This document shows positions 24,081-38,775 of a DNA stretch of 64,000 nt, one piece after another. Within the stretch, counting starts at the first letter, position 1, and every line of letters starts with the position of its first letter. Position numbers and translations under genes: made by a program. The notes under the pieces are model-generated. The model had not been told where the DNA came from. It saw only the letters and a list, made by a program, of their open reading frames with translations, and did not search any database. The stretch comes from Intoshia linei (taxonomy: Eukaryota; Animalia; Orthonectida): the NCBI GenBank assembly GCA_001642005.1, contig LWCA01000021.1:17581-81580 (forward strand), in the 5' to 3' direction.

Positions 24081-26156
24081 ACATAGAATAAGTAGTAAAG
24101 TAACAACATAGAACTTTCAAACAATTTTTTCCACCCTGGTCTAAGTTCTTTACCGTCACTTGAAGAATATTGTCCAAATTAAACTAAACGAATATCAAAT
24201 CATCATTCAATCCCAAATCTACTATATAACAAAATTTTAATTACTCTTAATTAACATTTAAATAATTTTCTCTTGTAATGTTATTACAACATGAATGATT
24301 GTGAATAATTCAAAATAGTAAATATAAAAGGTCAACTTTTGTAAAACATTCAGAATACAACTTTATACGTCTTTCATAAATTGATGATATGAAGCATTTG
24401 ACACAAACATTTAAGATTTCGAGATTGAAAGATTAAATTATTCTGAATTGAAAAATTTAAATGTATACAATTTGTAGTACGATATTATAAATGGCAATTA
24501 ACATTATGCATATAAATTAATTAATCCAAAATGAAACCATGAAGTATGCATTGTAATTTTAGTTTTAATTAATCTCTATTCAAATATGAGAAGCAGTGTA
24601 CGAGAAAACGTGAAAGGGGAAACAAAGACTTAAAATAAACTACTGCCAAGTCGGTGACTATATTGACATCTTTATTGGTGCCGACTTTGAGCAGATGGAC
24701 TTGATAGTTTACTCAAGAATGCTAGAGGTGTAGGCACCATAAATAAGCGAGTTTAAATTATTGAATAGTAATTGTATTAAATTACACTGATACAACTACG
24801 CCTATAAATGAAAAACAATGTGTTACTAAATGTGTTTAAGTCTTCTTAGTAAAGTTCAGTAACAGTAGCTCTGAATCGCTTCAGCACTCATCAATTGATA
24901 ATGGATTAAATTTTATATCAACAAATTTATTGTCATTTCATTTGAGCTGCATTTTTCACATACCATTAAAAGTTGAGCTTAAATGCATTTTAATTATTGA
25001 CTAAATTTTCAAAACTGGACAAGAAAAATTAAAAATAAAAATTGAATTAAAGCTACAAGGTAATTTTAAATGGACTTGATGTTGACAAATTTATAAATTT
25101 CATAATGTTTATTTGACTTGTGTTACATTGTACAATTATAAGATTTACCATACACACGAAATTACGTATATTTATAAATCTACGTGTTTACATTAAATAC
25201 AGTAATTGTGGTTTGGTAAACATTTGCAATCAACTTTGTATACTGGAATAGGAAAATTTGAATTTTATCAAAGTATGTTTTTATTGCTTGTTATATTTGT
25301 AGAATTTTAAATTTACACAACTTTTATATTTTTTCATGCAGACAGTATTGACATTTTGGCGCAATTAATTGGATAAACGGTGATACGTTTGATTCGTTTG
25401 ATTATCCCAATTTAAATTTAAAATTGACAATAATTTATCCAACATGTCATTCTTTTGTTGGAAATAATTTATTTGCAATTGTTTTATTATAAAAAGACCA
25501 TTTCCGTGGAATTGTGTCAATGATATTTAATTAATGGATGTAATGTTACACTAAATTTACATGTTTAAATAATGCTCACTTATTTGCGTGTGAGAAATTT
25601 AAACTATACCATCTCAAGGGAAACTTTTGAACATTTCATTTAGATTTTAAAATTTATAATGCTATAAATTATTTTTCCGCCTAGTTTCCTCAATCAAATT
25701 ATCAATTGAATAAAATTAACTTGTGCTAAATTTAAAAAATTTTATTGCACAATTATTTGTAATTGTTTTCAAAGAGTAAACTAAAACATCTGTCAAATTA
25801 TAAATTTTGTCCATAAAAGTAAATACTTTTTCATTTTTACAACTTACAACACTCAAAGATTAATTTGAAATTTTTACTCTACTACAAGTTTAACATTGTG
25901 ATAATTATATAGCTAATTAGTTGAATTGGATTTAATTCATATTGTTTCGTTCTAGATACATTTACAATTTTTCACTTTATTTACATAATCAATTTCTTTT
26001 TATTTTTAATGCATATTAAAATTTTATTAATAAATCAATATTTATTTAATTATTTTGTTAACTAACCAAGTAACGTCATATTATAGATAATTGGTATTTG
26101 AATTTTCAGTACTGATATAAATGCTTGTATGCGCTTTAACAATTTCTTTAGATTAC

Positions 26157-29100
26157 ATGCCATCTTCGATAAACTTAAATAACGATTTGAATAACTCGCA
26201 AGTTTCCGTCATGAATCAGATTGAATCGTCTAACGAGGATGATAATCTTGTCAAAAACGCTACTACTCAAGTATCTCGTGTTCAAGAACCCCGTATCTGT
26301 AGACTTACCATTTACAACGATACTACTACAAATAGTTATTATTGTGCACCTCAAACAAATCACGCCACTGTTGATAGACCTACTCTTCTTTTTGACAAGT
26401 CTAAAATGAATACCAAACACTTTAAAAACCATCTACTCGATAATATTGAAAATTATCCAGTTTCAGTTCCAGAAACTCTTGTGCAGGATAATGTTCAGTA
26501 TCAAATTGGAGGTATGTTATTTTTGACCTTGACATTTTTATATCTCGACGTTTTGATTTTGATTCGTTTTAAATTTGTTAAAATTGAATTATGCGTCTGA
26601 ATTTTCACTATTAAAATTTTTAATTTAGATAATATTTACATTGATATTAAAAGACCAGAATGTCCGTACAAGATTTGCAAAATTTTGTATTTTAAAACGG
26701 TAATTTTTGTACTTTTTTTCCTGGTTTTATCTTTTTATTTTAAATTTAGAATAAACGAGACAATGTTTTTGTATGTACGAAAAATTATCTTAGGTACTTT
26801 TTTTATTTTTCATTTTATTTTTCATTATTCCTTAAAATTTACAAATTCATTAAATTTTGATTGATAGTGGAATTATTGATTTTTATTTTGTTATTGGTAT
26901 ATTTAACAAAATTTATTCAAAAACATCTTTATACAATGTACTGTGTATGATATTTCCAAGAATAAAAACTACGGTTTAAAAGTATAAAAGTTTTCATTGT
27001 TTATATTTGATTTTGTGTTAACTTTAATGCAAATTGTAAAAATGTTTAAAAATGTTAACTGTATACTAATTGATATTTAAAATTTAAATTAAGCTACAAT
27101 ATATAAAATGTAAGCGGAATTTATGATATTGCCGCAGGCATATGCAATTTGATACTTTTTGATTTAATTTGATTTGGATATGATTTATAGTTTTATTTGT
27201 TTGTTTACTTTCAGGTTAATTGCGTTTGTATTAATTAATATACCAAGTTATTATATCAATTTTACGAGATTGTGAATTTAACTAAACCTTAGGGCGTAAG
27301 GTTTAGGGATATAGCAAGATTAATTAATTAGTTGGCGTATTTTCAGTTTTTAAATCTTGATTTAATGGAAATGGACTAATTCGTATTATTAGGGGATTAT
27401 AGGATTAGATGATTATTTGGGTCACAAGTCCATGAATCCAAGGTTAATGATAAATGATTTACAATGTTGTGGAACGTGTGTATCAGCTTTTTGGGAATAT
27501 GTTATGCATAACTTTTGGGCGAATTTTGTTGAGTCTATTTGAATGGAAGATTCAGATTTTATAAATTAATGTGATTAGTCATTATTAAAAATACTTTTTA
27601 GTGTTTTGGATCCATGAATAATAATTATAATTAGTAAATTATCAGAAAATTTCCAATTTTTAACTCGGTAACCTTTACCAATAGTATTGGTCTAATACCG
27701 TCAGTCAATATTTTTTAATTTTTTATCTATTCGTTCTAGTTCTATTTAGTACACCATAAATAAATTTTTATCGTCTGAATCTAAATCATTCTGCAAATAT
27801 GGTTATTTAATCTCTATAAAACCACGAGTCTATAAATGTTTTTGACCTTGAAGGATTCAATTTCTGAAAGTGAAATTTGCGGTAAAACATCTCCCTCGAA
27901 AAAATTTATTAGAAACGGGTATTCTTAAAACTTTACGCCTATTACTTTTTTAAATAAATGATAACAAATAAATAAACAGACATAAATTTTTAACTAAATG
28001 ATTTACGTACTGTATATAAAAATGAATGTCTATGTGTGTTATCGTTTATTTAAAAAATTGACAGTCGTATAATTTAAAAAAACCCAATTTCTAATACAGT
28101 TTTTCCTAGAGCGTGTTTATATCTGTTTTCAGTTTTCGAATCTGAGTTTTTCAGCATGAAAAAGCCAATTTCCCTTTTGTTTAAAAATAAAATCAGCCCA
28201 AAATATAATAAAACATAAATTCTGGAATAGTTTTTAAAATCATAAGCATTATCATAAATAACCACCTCAAAAAAAGATAATTTTCATGATCAAAACCCAA
28301 GATGACCATTTTTTTAAAATTAAAACAACCCTAGAATTTAAAAAAATTTCAATCTGATAAAGTGACGCCTTTATGGTCAAAAAATCAGTTAGTTTTTTTG
28401 TTTCGAAACTATTTTATTAAAACAAAAAATTAAAAATAATTAACGGTCCTACATAAAATAAAGAAGATTTATCTGATACAGCTTATTCCATTTCATATAA
28501 ATACAAAATTTCAACCCAGAAATCTGTGCATTCTCGGTGAAAAATAATTTTTAATATATTATCAACCAATATTTTTCAAATATTTCTAAAAATTTATAAA
28601 AATTGAAAATATAAATATTGATCCTACAATTTCAAAAAAAATAAATTGACTATACTAATTACTATACTATACTACTATTGAAAAATAAATTTTTGTACTG
28701 ATAAAATAAATAAAAATTATTCGTATAAAACTTTTAATTTAGGTTAAATCTCCGTTTCCGAAATGACGTTCCGCGAAATAATTTTAAAAATTTTTTACTA
28801 ATTAAAACATCAAATTATTACGTTTTTTATCAATTTTTTTTAATGTTGCCTAATAATTTAGCTTTAATGGTCCTCCATAAATTTTATAATTTATTACCGG
28901 TCCACCGTGCGAAAAGTGAGGGAATTTAACCCCTGGTTTAAATTCATCAAAATATATTAAAATATGACATGATTAAATTTAAAATTATTCAGCTAAATTG
29001 TGAAATTTATTGAATGTCTGATTTAAACGTATACTTGTAAAATTTATGAAATTGGAGTAGTTGTTATAGAACTGCTCCGTGGAGACTTTTTTTGGAAATT

Positions 29101-32100
29101 TTGGGTCGCTGTGTTTCTTTATAATGATAATCTTTATAATCTATTTTATAATGATCACCTGGTTTTGTGAATGATTGGAGTACAGATTTTGACCACTATA
29201 ACGAATAACAACGAGTTAAATTTTATACATTGTTAAATGTTTATCTTAAAAATTGGATCTATTTTTGTAACTTATAGTTTTTTGTTAAATTGAAAGTTTA
29301 ATAAAATTTGCAAACTGTTTAAAGTGTAAATAAAACGTTTTCAATTAATTTGCAATTTAATTTAAAATGTGTCTAATTAAGTAAATAATATTCACAAATG
29401 TATTTGAAAAATAAAAAATATTGAATGTTTCACTGTAATAAAATTGATTTAAAAATTTACAATCTAATTATATAATTATAATTAAAACATCAAAGTTTTT
29501 ACAATTTCAATGTATAATAGCTTTTTTTTAAATTTAAATTTAGAATAAAAAATTTATTTGATGTTCGCATTTGCATATTTATTTTAATTTATAATGTCAA
29601 TTCATATCACGGTTTCATTATAATGAAACTTGTTATTTGTTGGTTTTAATTTCTATTTTTTATTATTATTCTTTAGTGTAGTCACTACACTGTAGTCCAA
29701 TGCTTTTTTAAATAAATGAAAAAATTAAAAAAAAGGTTGAAAAATTAATTGTAATGACAATAGTTTTTATCTAATGAATCTATAAATATTTTTTGGTAGA
29801 TAATTTTAAATTTTTTGATTTGTTTTAAAATTTAAATGTTAAAATAAAAGTTCAAAACGTTGGTGCATAATTAATATAGTGAGATTAAATAATATTTTAA
29901 TATGTTAATCTAATTAATCTATATCCGTTGTGTTATTGCATGTGCATGATGTATGTATTGTTAATGCAAATCCAAATTAAACTACATGTAGTTTTAGTTC
30001 AACTGGAACGGATGTGATTATAATTGTACAAAGTGTATATTGAATTTTGTCTAAATTTTAGTCGAAGGGAAAGTGATATAAAACTTATGGAATTAAGAAT
30101 TTGACGATACACAAAAATGTTTTTAACATTATTAAAAATTGTCTAAATTTTATCAAATTTTATTTGTAAATTTAATTGTTATTCAAATGCCATGCCATAT
30201 TTCTTTCTATTTTTATTGAATTGATCCTAACCTTAAATGTGTCATAAATTTCATCAAACATTACAACCACTTAGATATATAAAAATCATTACACAATTAT
30301 TTGTAGTGTCAAAAAATTTGATGCTGTTTTAAAAATTATTCAGGGAATATTTGCAATTATTTGTATTTGTCACTTGTGCACATTTCAACATGAGTTGAAT
30401 AAGAAAACGTTTTTGTTTATTAGGTTTCGTATTATGATTATATGAATTACAATAACAATATTGATTAATGAGGATTAATGTACTGACACTGACAATGAAA
30501 TTAAGAAAATTTTAGCTATAATATCTAAATCTAATATTTAGCTATAATATCTATCTACTATAGATTGTTTGTTTTCAAAAAAAATTAAATTTATCTTAAT
30601 TATTAAATAGTAGTAATTAAATTCCTCGCTGTTTGAATAATTGATTATTGGTGTGAATTAAAAATGAACAATGAAAAATTTCACCAAAATAAAATTATAA
30701 TTTTTAAGTCAAACTATTTTCCAACTGCTAAAATTTATCTGTAAAATCAGTTTAAATTTTTTGGAATTTTGATTTTTGATAAAGGTCACAAAACTAAGAT
30801 AGGTGACAAACAACAACTGTTCAAACTTTGAACAACATTAAAATTTAAGATTTTTAAATTTAAAGTGAAAAATGTATTTACAAATATTGATATTTTTAAT
30901 AGTATATTTTGTGTTGATTTATTCATCTTTTGTTTTTATTTGAAATGCTTAAAAACTTTTTACGCATGACCAATTTTTAACTGAACATTTATCGCAGCAA
31001 TACACATGTATAATATGGTTAATTTATTGCCATTTAAATTTACATAATCCCAATATAATAATCTCAAAATTAATTTCAAAAATAATTGAGTTGTTGACTT
31101 TGCTATACCACGTTGTGTATTAATACATTATATATTATTATATAATATATTATTGCTAATGGCGTATTTTTTGACATTTATAGATAATCCATATTTTGTA
31201 TCTGTAAAACTGTCAATATTAAATTTCCAAATTTTGTATATAACGTAGGGAATTGATAATGTAAATATTATGTTAATTTTTAATTTTCATTTGATGGTCG
31301 TTTTTAGTGAAAATTTAATGTGTTTTGGTTGGTTTTGATTTTGTTGTATTGAAATTTAATAAATTTATAATTAATGAAACATGTGACTGATTTGGTTAAT
31401 GAGCTGACTATGATTTATGTGTATTTTTTTGTTTTGAGCAATTTAAATCATCTTTTTAATAATGTCGGTAATTTTTTAAATTTAACGATAACTTGAGTTT
31501 TGATTGACATATTCAATTAACACTATTAATTCAGAGCAGTAACTACATTACCAAAATACTCTATTGAGGTGATACGATAACATTTAACATGCTCATGTGC
31601 AATTTTAAGGATTTATGATTGATGATTTATGATTAGGGTGAAACTACTACACACATTGAGAGGCTTAATTTGATACGAGTCAAAACGTGGACTACATTTA
31701 TTTTTTATTTTTGAGACCTGGAACACGGCAATTGAGGAATTTTAAATTTTATTCAATGTAGCGCGACTAATACATTGTATTTTCAATAATGTAGTACTGA
31801 TCAAGTTGACATTTTCGTTTTAATTTTAATATGTACTTTCAACTCTGATATCTGTATGATTTACATTTTATATTACTTTACTTTACATTATGTATTGTTA
31901 GTTTATTTTATAGTTGTTAATTGTGCATTGTACTTTAAACATATTGATGAAAACGTATATGCAAGTGAAGTGTGTATTATTTAAGAATTGATTCACATTA
32001 AATGAATTTTTGTTTTTATTGACAGGTTTTTAAAAATCGAATTTAATCTAATTAAAATTTAAAAATATTTCAATTTATTTAATTCATACAACTACATTTT

Positions 32101-35100
32101 TTTATATTTTGTTGCCCTTTTTCACTAAATAACAGTTCGATAGTTTGTTAATTAATAATAATATTTAAATTTAAAAATTTTTTCACATTGTTCATAAGGC
32201 CACACTTTCCGACATCTGGTTAAGTCTTAGACTAAGACTTAAAATTTCTCAAGGATGAAAGAAATACAATATAACTAAATTATGTTTTAAATTTATACCA
32301 TTTTATTGGCCCTCGATTGGTGGGCCCCTAGTCCAGTGGTTTCCAAACTTTATCCACCTTATTTTTTGTAATTGTTTTTGTGGTTCACCGAAAATGTATT
32401 ATATTCTTGTTTTAAACTAGGCATACTATTACAAAATTGTATAAGGAATTTTATATTTTATGTATATTATAATTTCGTGGTTCAATTAAAATAAAATTTC
32501 ATTTAGGGTGAATGATTTATCTACAAACGTTTACTACAATCTACAATCGGATAGAAAAAATAGTGGTATTTTTTACTTTATTTATATTGTATATTGTGTT
32601 ATAGAGGAAAATTTTAAATGTGAAGATAAAATAGCGCACCGAGAATTATTTTTTACTGAATCGACTGAAATGTATTCAGCCTTATTAATTCGGTAATTTT
32701 TGATTTATATTAATTTGCAAACTGGTCTGGTGTAGTCCTTTAAATGTTTTTTGCTCTCTGTTGAAGATTAAAAATTTCTTAGAAGAATGACATGGAAAAA
32801 TATTTTATTCAAAAAAATTTTACTTTTACTTTACTTTTTATTTATAATAAGGTTAAATAGTCTTAATAAAGTCACCTGAAGTCGATTTTTATAAATTCGA
32901 TATTTCTATAACAGTTTTTCAGGTGAGGTTTTATCGAAAATTTAACTTTCGGAATTGAGTTCTTCAAAGTCAAAAATTACAATTATTCTTCTTTTTTTTT
33001 TTTTTTAAATCAAACGAATTATTGAATTATAAAAAATACACAATCTGATAAGGATTTTAAAATTATCAACATTATGATACATTTCAAAATTTTATATCTT
33101 CACTGCTATAAACGAAAATTACCTTTTGAAAAATTTTTTATATTTATTCCAATATTGGTAAAATTCTCCCGAAATATGCTTTTAAAATGCTGAGTCCGTT
33201 AATTATTGATAAAAAATATTTTTAACTTATCGAAAGCAGATACTAAATATGTACCATCACATTAAAAAAGAAAATATCGCTTTATTTATAATTTTATTTT
33301 TTCTGGGATTTAAGTTATTTATGATAATTTTTAGGGTTGTACTGTTTTGACTTTATTTTTAAGATTATACACTCATTCTCTAATAAATTTAAAAAATGAC
33401 GATAGAAAATTATTAAACTATTATTAAAGGGGTTCAGTGTAAAGTTTTTGTTTTTTTTCTAAAATTTTTCGTCGTGGGCCGATACAAAATAATACTTTGT
33501 AAATTTACATTGATGCATTTGAATTTTATCATTTTTATTTAGAGGAAAAGTCAATGTAATGAATTTTGATAACATTTCGGTTGTTTATAAAGATTTCAAA
33601 TCATCAATCGATACTTATTATTCAATTTACAATTATAATACTGAAACTAAAAGATTATCAACAAGAGATGGACAAGTTCGAATCGGTAAAAGCCAACAAG
33701 CCGACATTCCGGATCTTGTAGATAAATCAGAAATTTCAAACACATTACCTAACCAAAAATGTCACAAATCAGAATCGATGAGTGTTTTAGTATGGGAACC
33801 CAACAAAATTTCAAACGTTGAACTTAAAAAATATATTACATCTGTCCGTAAACTTTCTCAAAATTGTGCTTCAGTTGAACCTTATATTGCTCAATATAGA
33901 GCTATCAAAGATCCATACGTTTTACCCTTTATTTCCAAGTCTGACGACATTGCAAATCATTATGATCGTGTCAGAATTGATGATATTTATGAGCTTTCTC
34001 TTGAAACGGTATTTTGATTTTTGAAATTCATAATTTATTATAAAAAATTTAATAGTTTCATAATTTCGTATGTCATTATAGTTTTATGAGACTGGACCAT
34101 AATTTTTGATATGGGTCTCATTTAAAATAAATACATCAATAAATCCCTGTCTATTTATTAAATATATACTCTTTACGTTGAAAATATAACTTTAGTGTTT
34201 ATAACCTTTAAATAACGTAATTTAATAATTAAAAAAATCTATCTTATTTTGTATTTTTTTTGAATTATTATTTTGTAAGTTTATTTGATTCTCTATGTGT
34301 CGCAATCTTTTAGTTACAACATCAATATTGAATGTACATGATATAGTATGTGAAATTATTTAAATTTGATAATTGCCCTTCTTGGGTGTTCAATTATTTT
34401 TATTGGATTTATTTTTAATTTTAAATTTATATAATATTTTTTTTAGTTGTTTAATCAAAACTATAAAACCGATAAAGCACTGAAAATAATAAGAAAAACT
34501 GAATTTCCAAAGTCGTTAAATGAAATTTGGTCATTGGAGGATGTGAAAAAATTTGAAAAAGGTATACGTCAATATGGAAAAGACTTTTTTCGTATCCACA
34601 ATGAACATTTGAAACATAAAAACCCATCCGAGTTAATTGAATATTATTATTATTGGAAAAAATACCAAGTTGAAGGTCCAACAAAAAATAGAAGATATAG
34701 AGCAGTTAATCCTTATAAGAGATTTAGGCGAATTCAAAATCAAATTGATTCAGGTTTTTTTTAATTTTATACTAAATGGGTGTTTAGGTAATAGTGTTTG
34801 TCAAATTTTTTTTCACAAACTCTAGATCAGGGATTCTTAAAGTGGCCGATTTTCAGTTAGGATGATTTGGGTGATTTAAAAATATGATATGACGTGGGCG
34901 TGATGAATTTTTTGGTAGGTGGAAATTTTTATTGCAAGTTTGGAATCCATTGAGATAAACAGTAACACAGTAATAAATATATAATTTTCATTAATATTAA
35001 ATATCGAATTTGGAAATACCTCAGATTCAGTTGTATCAAAAAAAGATTGGTTAATTAATAATTTTATTTTATTATTATTAAGAAATTATTAAATAAACAT

Positions 35101-38100
35101 TACAACGTAGTCGAAATTTTTTTCAAGTGGCGTTGAAAAAATATATCGCTAAAAAGGTAGACCAAATTAGTTTGGGAACTCTTGCTCTACATCATTTTTC
35201 TACGGACCTTTGGATAAATTTCGGATTTTAATATTATTATATCAGTTACATGCTGCTGTCGAAATGGTTTAGTCATTTGTACAGCCTAAAACTTAAAGTA
35301 TGAAATATATATTTACTTAACTTATTTTTGACTCTTTATTTTTTAAGTCCTTATTAACGGAATTTATGTTAGCGGAGATTTAATTCAATTCAATCGGATT
35401 TATTTTTTCTTAACTAATTTGTATGAATTAAAAATTCTCTTAATAAAAATGTACCTCTAAATCTCTATAATCTACTTTTAATGCTTATTATAAACAAAAA
35501 CTCACTTGCCCATTTCATTTTTTTACTAATTAAAAGTCCATTTATTACGTTTTTTATCAAATTTTTCATGAACACTTAAAAAACTCATAATAATAAGAAA
35601 TGTGTCAATTTAATGGTTTTTATTTAAAAAAATTAAATTACGTTAGCAAGCTAGTTACTATGGGATTTTCTTAATTCAAAATTAAGTTAATACGGACTTT
35701 GACTATATATTGATAAATTTTTTTACTTTTAAAACCTGTCATCCAGTGGCCTGGTCTTATTCTTACCGCGGTTTTCAGTTTAGATGTTTTTTAAAATTAG
35801 GTCAACAGTAAATTTATAATGTCAAGTGTTTTTTTAATTTTTAAGTGTTGGTTATATTTACCATGTAGTGTGTTACTATTAGTAACGTTTTTGAAAATAA
35901 GGTGAAGAATAAAATATATTTTTTTTAATAAACTTTGTAATAAAATAAATTTAATAAAATTTAAAATAATATAATATAATAACTAAATAATTGGTAACAA
36001 AAATGAAAAAACTTTTGGAAACATGTAAGTTTGAGATGAGAGTTTTCAATTAATTATAAATTAAAACTTTGTTAAATTTAGACGATCAAACTTCCACTAG
36101 TGAATGCAGTGAAACCGAAGAAATTGACGGCAAAATTAAGGAACACAACGGATATTATTGTCGAAACTGTTTCACTATAGGTAGAATAAATAAAACTGAA
36201 AATAATGTATAAATTAGTATCTAAAAATTGGCACCACTCAGGATTTGATAGAAAATTATTTTGTTTCAAATGCAGAATCTATTTTAAACAATACGGCACA
36301 GCCCGTCAAGTTGACGAAAATAAATGTGCTCCCCAGAGCTCGGATATATTTGTAACATTAAATGAACAATACCACACACCAAAACGTTATCTGCGGTCAC
36401 GAAAAGTCCGTAAAGGTAAACGAAGAGGTCCTAAAAAGAAGGAAAACTATGCAGAAACGCCTCTTATTGTTCAACCAAAATCGCCAATTTCTAGTACGAG
36501 TGTTAGTAGTACAGACGGCAAGATATCGGAAAATGAAAATTCTAGAGATTTTCCTAAACTTGAATGTGAAGAAACATTGAAAACATATGAAAAAATGGAC
36601 GTTGTGGATGAAAGGTTAAAATATATCTGTAATTCGTCTTTAATTAGTTGTTTCTTTAAAAATATAAACGTGGAATGCAATCCGTATTCAGACAAAAATG
36701 ATATAACTGACAATGTAAATTCAAAAATCCAAGAAATTAAGTTCAATGGAGTTAAAATGAAGGACCAAAAGGAAAACATTAAAATTGAAACAAAAAGCAT
36801 TGATAATGGAAATGCATCTAAAACTGAACAAAAAAAAATAAAACTTGATAAATCAAATGATTTGAAAGCAAAAATTAAAAAGTCTGAAACTGTGGATAAT
36901 GTGGAAAAATCTGATAAATTAAATAAATGTATAGAGATGGAAACTGACAAATTATCAAATGTAAAATTTAATATTGATATTGAAATGAAACCTGTTACCA
37001 GTAAAAGCGTTGCAAATGCAAACATTGGTGAAAAATTTGATATTAAACGAAATGTGCAACGTTCAAAAACCCCTCCTTTAACACCCAATGTCCACAAAAA
37101 GGATAAAGTCGATGCTAATGAAACTGCTTTAAATTTAGTTATTAAAAATAAATGTACCAAAAAACAAAAGATGGATAAATTTGAATATGATGTCAAAAAT
37201 TTTAAACGGACTAAACTCAAAATTTATAAGTCTAAACATTCTGCGTAAGTTTAATATTTTTTATTTTGAAAAATTTAAAATACAAATTGTAATTAATTTT
37301 CGTTTAGATTCCATCTAATTCGCAACATTACAAACCAAAGCGATACGTCATGTTGTCGAACCGATGTGTATTTTCAAGGAAATGAAAAAATTAATCACGT
37401 TTTGAACTCTCAAAAAACAAATACCGAGTTAATGTACGCTGTAAAGGTAATGTATTGAACTCTAATTATAACGTGTAAAATTACGAATTATAATGTTATT
37501 TTTAGGATAAAAATGAAACCGAACTTCAACGATCTAATCAAATGTCTATTATGACGCCGGGGAATCAATCCAACACTTCACTGAATAATATCAATCAAAA
37601 GGGAAATGCAGCGACATTAAATTATTACAATCAATTGGCAATGAAAATTCTTGAATCAAAGGATGGAATGAATCCGGGACCTGCCCCAAGAAAAACACAT
37701 TTGAATTATTACATGAAAAACAAGAATGATGAAAAATTGGAGTAATTTTCCCATTGTCAAATTTAATTTAAATTTAGAATGTATTACAAAAGTCTAATGA
37801 CAAATAATCCAAATAATCCAATTAATTGTAATTTATTCATTCAATTGTTTATAAAAATGTTTAGACGGCAATTATAATTCTTCGGTTGGTGATTACAAAA
37901 GCCAGGTAATGGGATTACCCGAAAAAAGCAAATCTGCTGTACCTTTTATGCAACCTATGGATTATTTGCACAAAAAAGATTTGAAAATGGCTACAGATCA
38001 GAACATATTGAAAGGAACAGAACAAACTAATTTTAATCCCTTTATTCACAATATGATGAATAAACCTGATAATTTCTACCACCCGGGTCGCATGGATCCA

Positions 38101-38496
38101 AGATACGCAAATAGCATTCCCAATATTATGAACCCTCAGTACAACAACATGCAAATGCAAAATCAATTTCCAATCAATGTCAATCTTTTGAAAAACGACA
38201 ATCAAAATTATGCCAATAATCAAACTCACAGTTCAAATAAACTAATGACTGACTATCTTAAAGCTATTCAAACTCAAAATATGCAATTTCCAGTATATCC
38301 TAGTCAATCTCAAAATTTAAACCAAAACCCAACTACAAGTCAAAACCTCACCCAAAATCAAAATGAAGCTTACTGTCAATATATATTAAGTCAAATGAAA
38401 GAATTTGAAAACCAACCTAAAAATTTTGTCAGCATGTCGGATTTAGCAAATTACCTCAACATGCGCAATAAAGACAAAAAGTACAATTATAAATGA
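26157..38496 (+). CDS. RERE: RERE/atrophin-family corepressor with BAH, ELM2, SANT and GATA-type zinc finger, about 13 exons
   Basis: BAH: YQIGDNIYIDIKRPECPYKIC / NKRDNV / HRELFFTE / RGKVNV / YNTETKRLST. ELM2: GQVRIGKSQQADIPDL. SANT: WSLEDVKKFEKGIRQYGKDFFRIHNEHLKHKNPSELIEYYYYWKK. Zinc finger: CRNCFTIVSKNWHHSG..LFCFKCRIYFKQYG. All follow RERE domain order, with phase-consistent exons. Confidence 0.92.
28060..28640 (+). mobile_element. Helitron-like family copy inside the 5.7-kb RERE intron
   Basis: Reverse-complement similarity to the copies at 15.2-15.5, 18.8-19.0 and 57.6-57.9 kb (CTGATACAGCTTATTCCA, ATTGATCCTACAATTTCAAAAAA). Confidence 0.6.
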
Positions 38497-38775
38497 TCCC
38501 ATTCCCTCAATCATTATTGTACATTTCTTGAGCCATTTTTATGTTTAAGTTTAATTTGATTGTAACATAATAGTGTAATTTACATTTTTTAAATAAAATC
38601 ATACTTAATTTTGTTTTAATTTTTTAATCAATTTTTTTTACGTTGGATTGAACCTAGTACATTATGGATATATCGATTTTAAATTTTAATGTAAATAAGA
38701 CTTAGTAGTGTATATTTAATGAGTTAATCAATGCAATACGAGTGAAATATTACAATTTTCATTTTTTTAAATAAA

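Noticed and set aside
36471-38229. Long minus-strand ORFs (249 aa, 104 aa) and similar shadow ORFs at 26175, 38910, 7978 and 53630
   Set aside because: Antisense shadows of real exons, with composition explained by the opposite strand.
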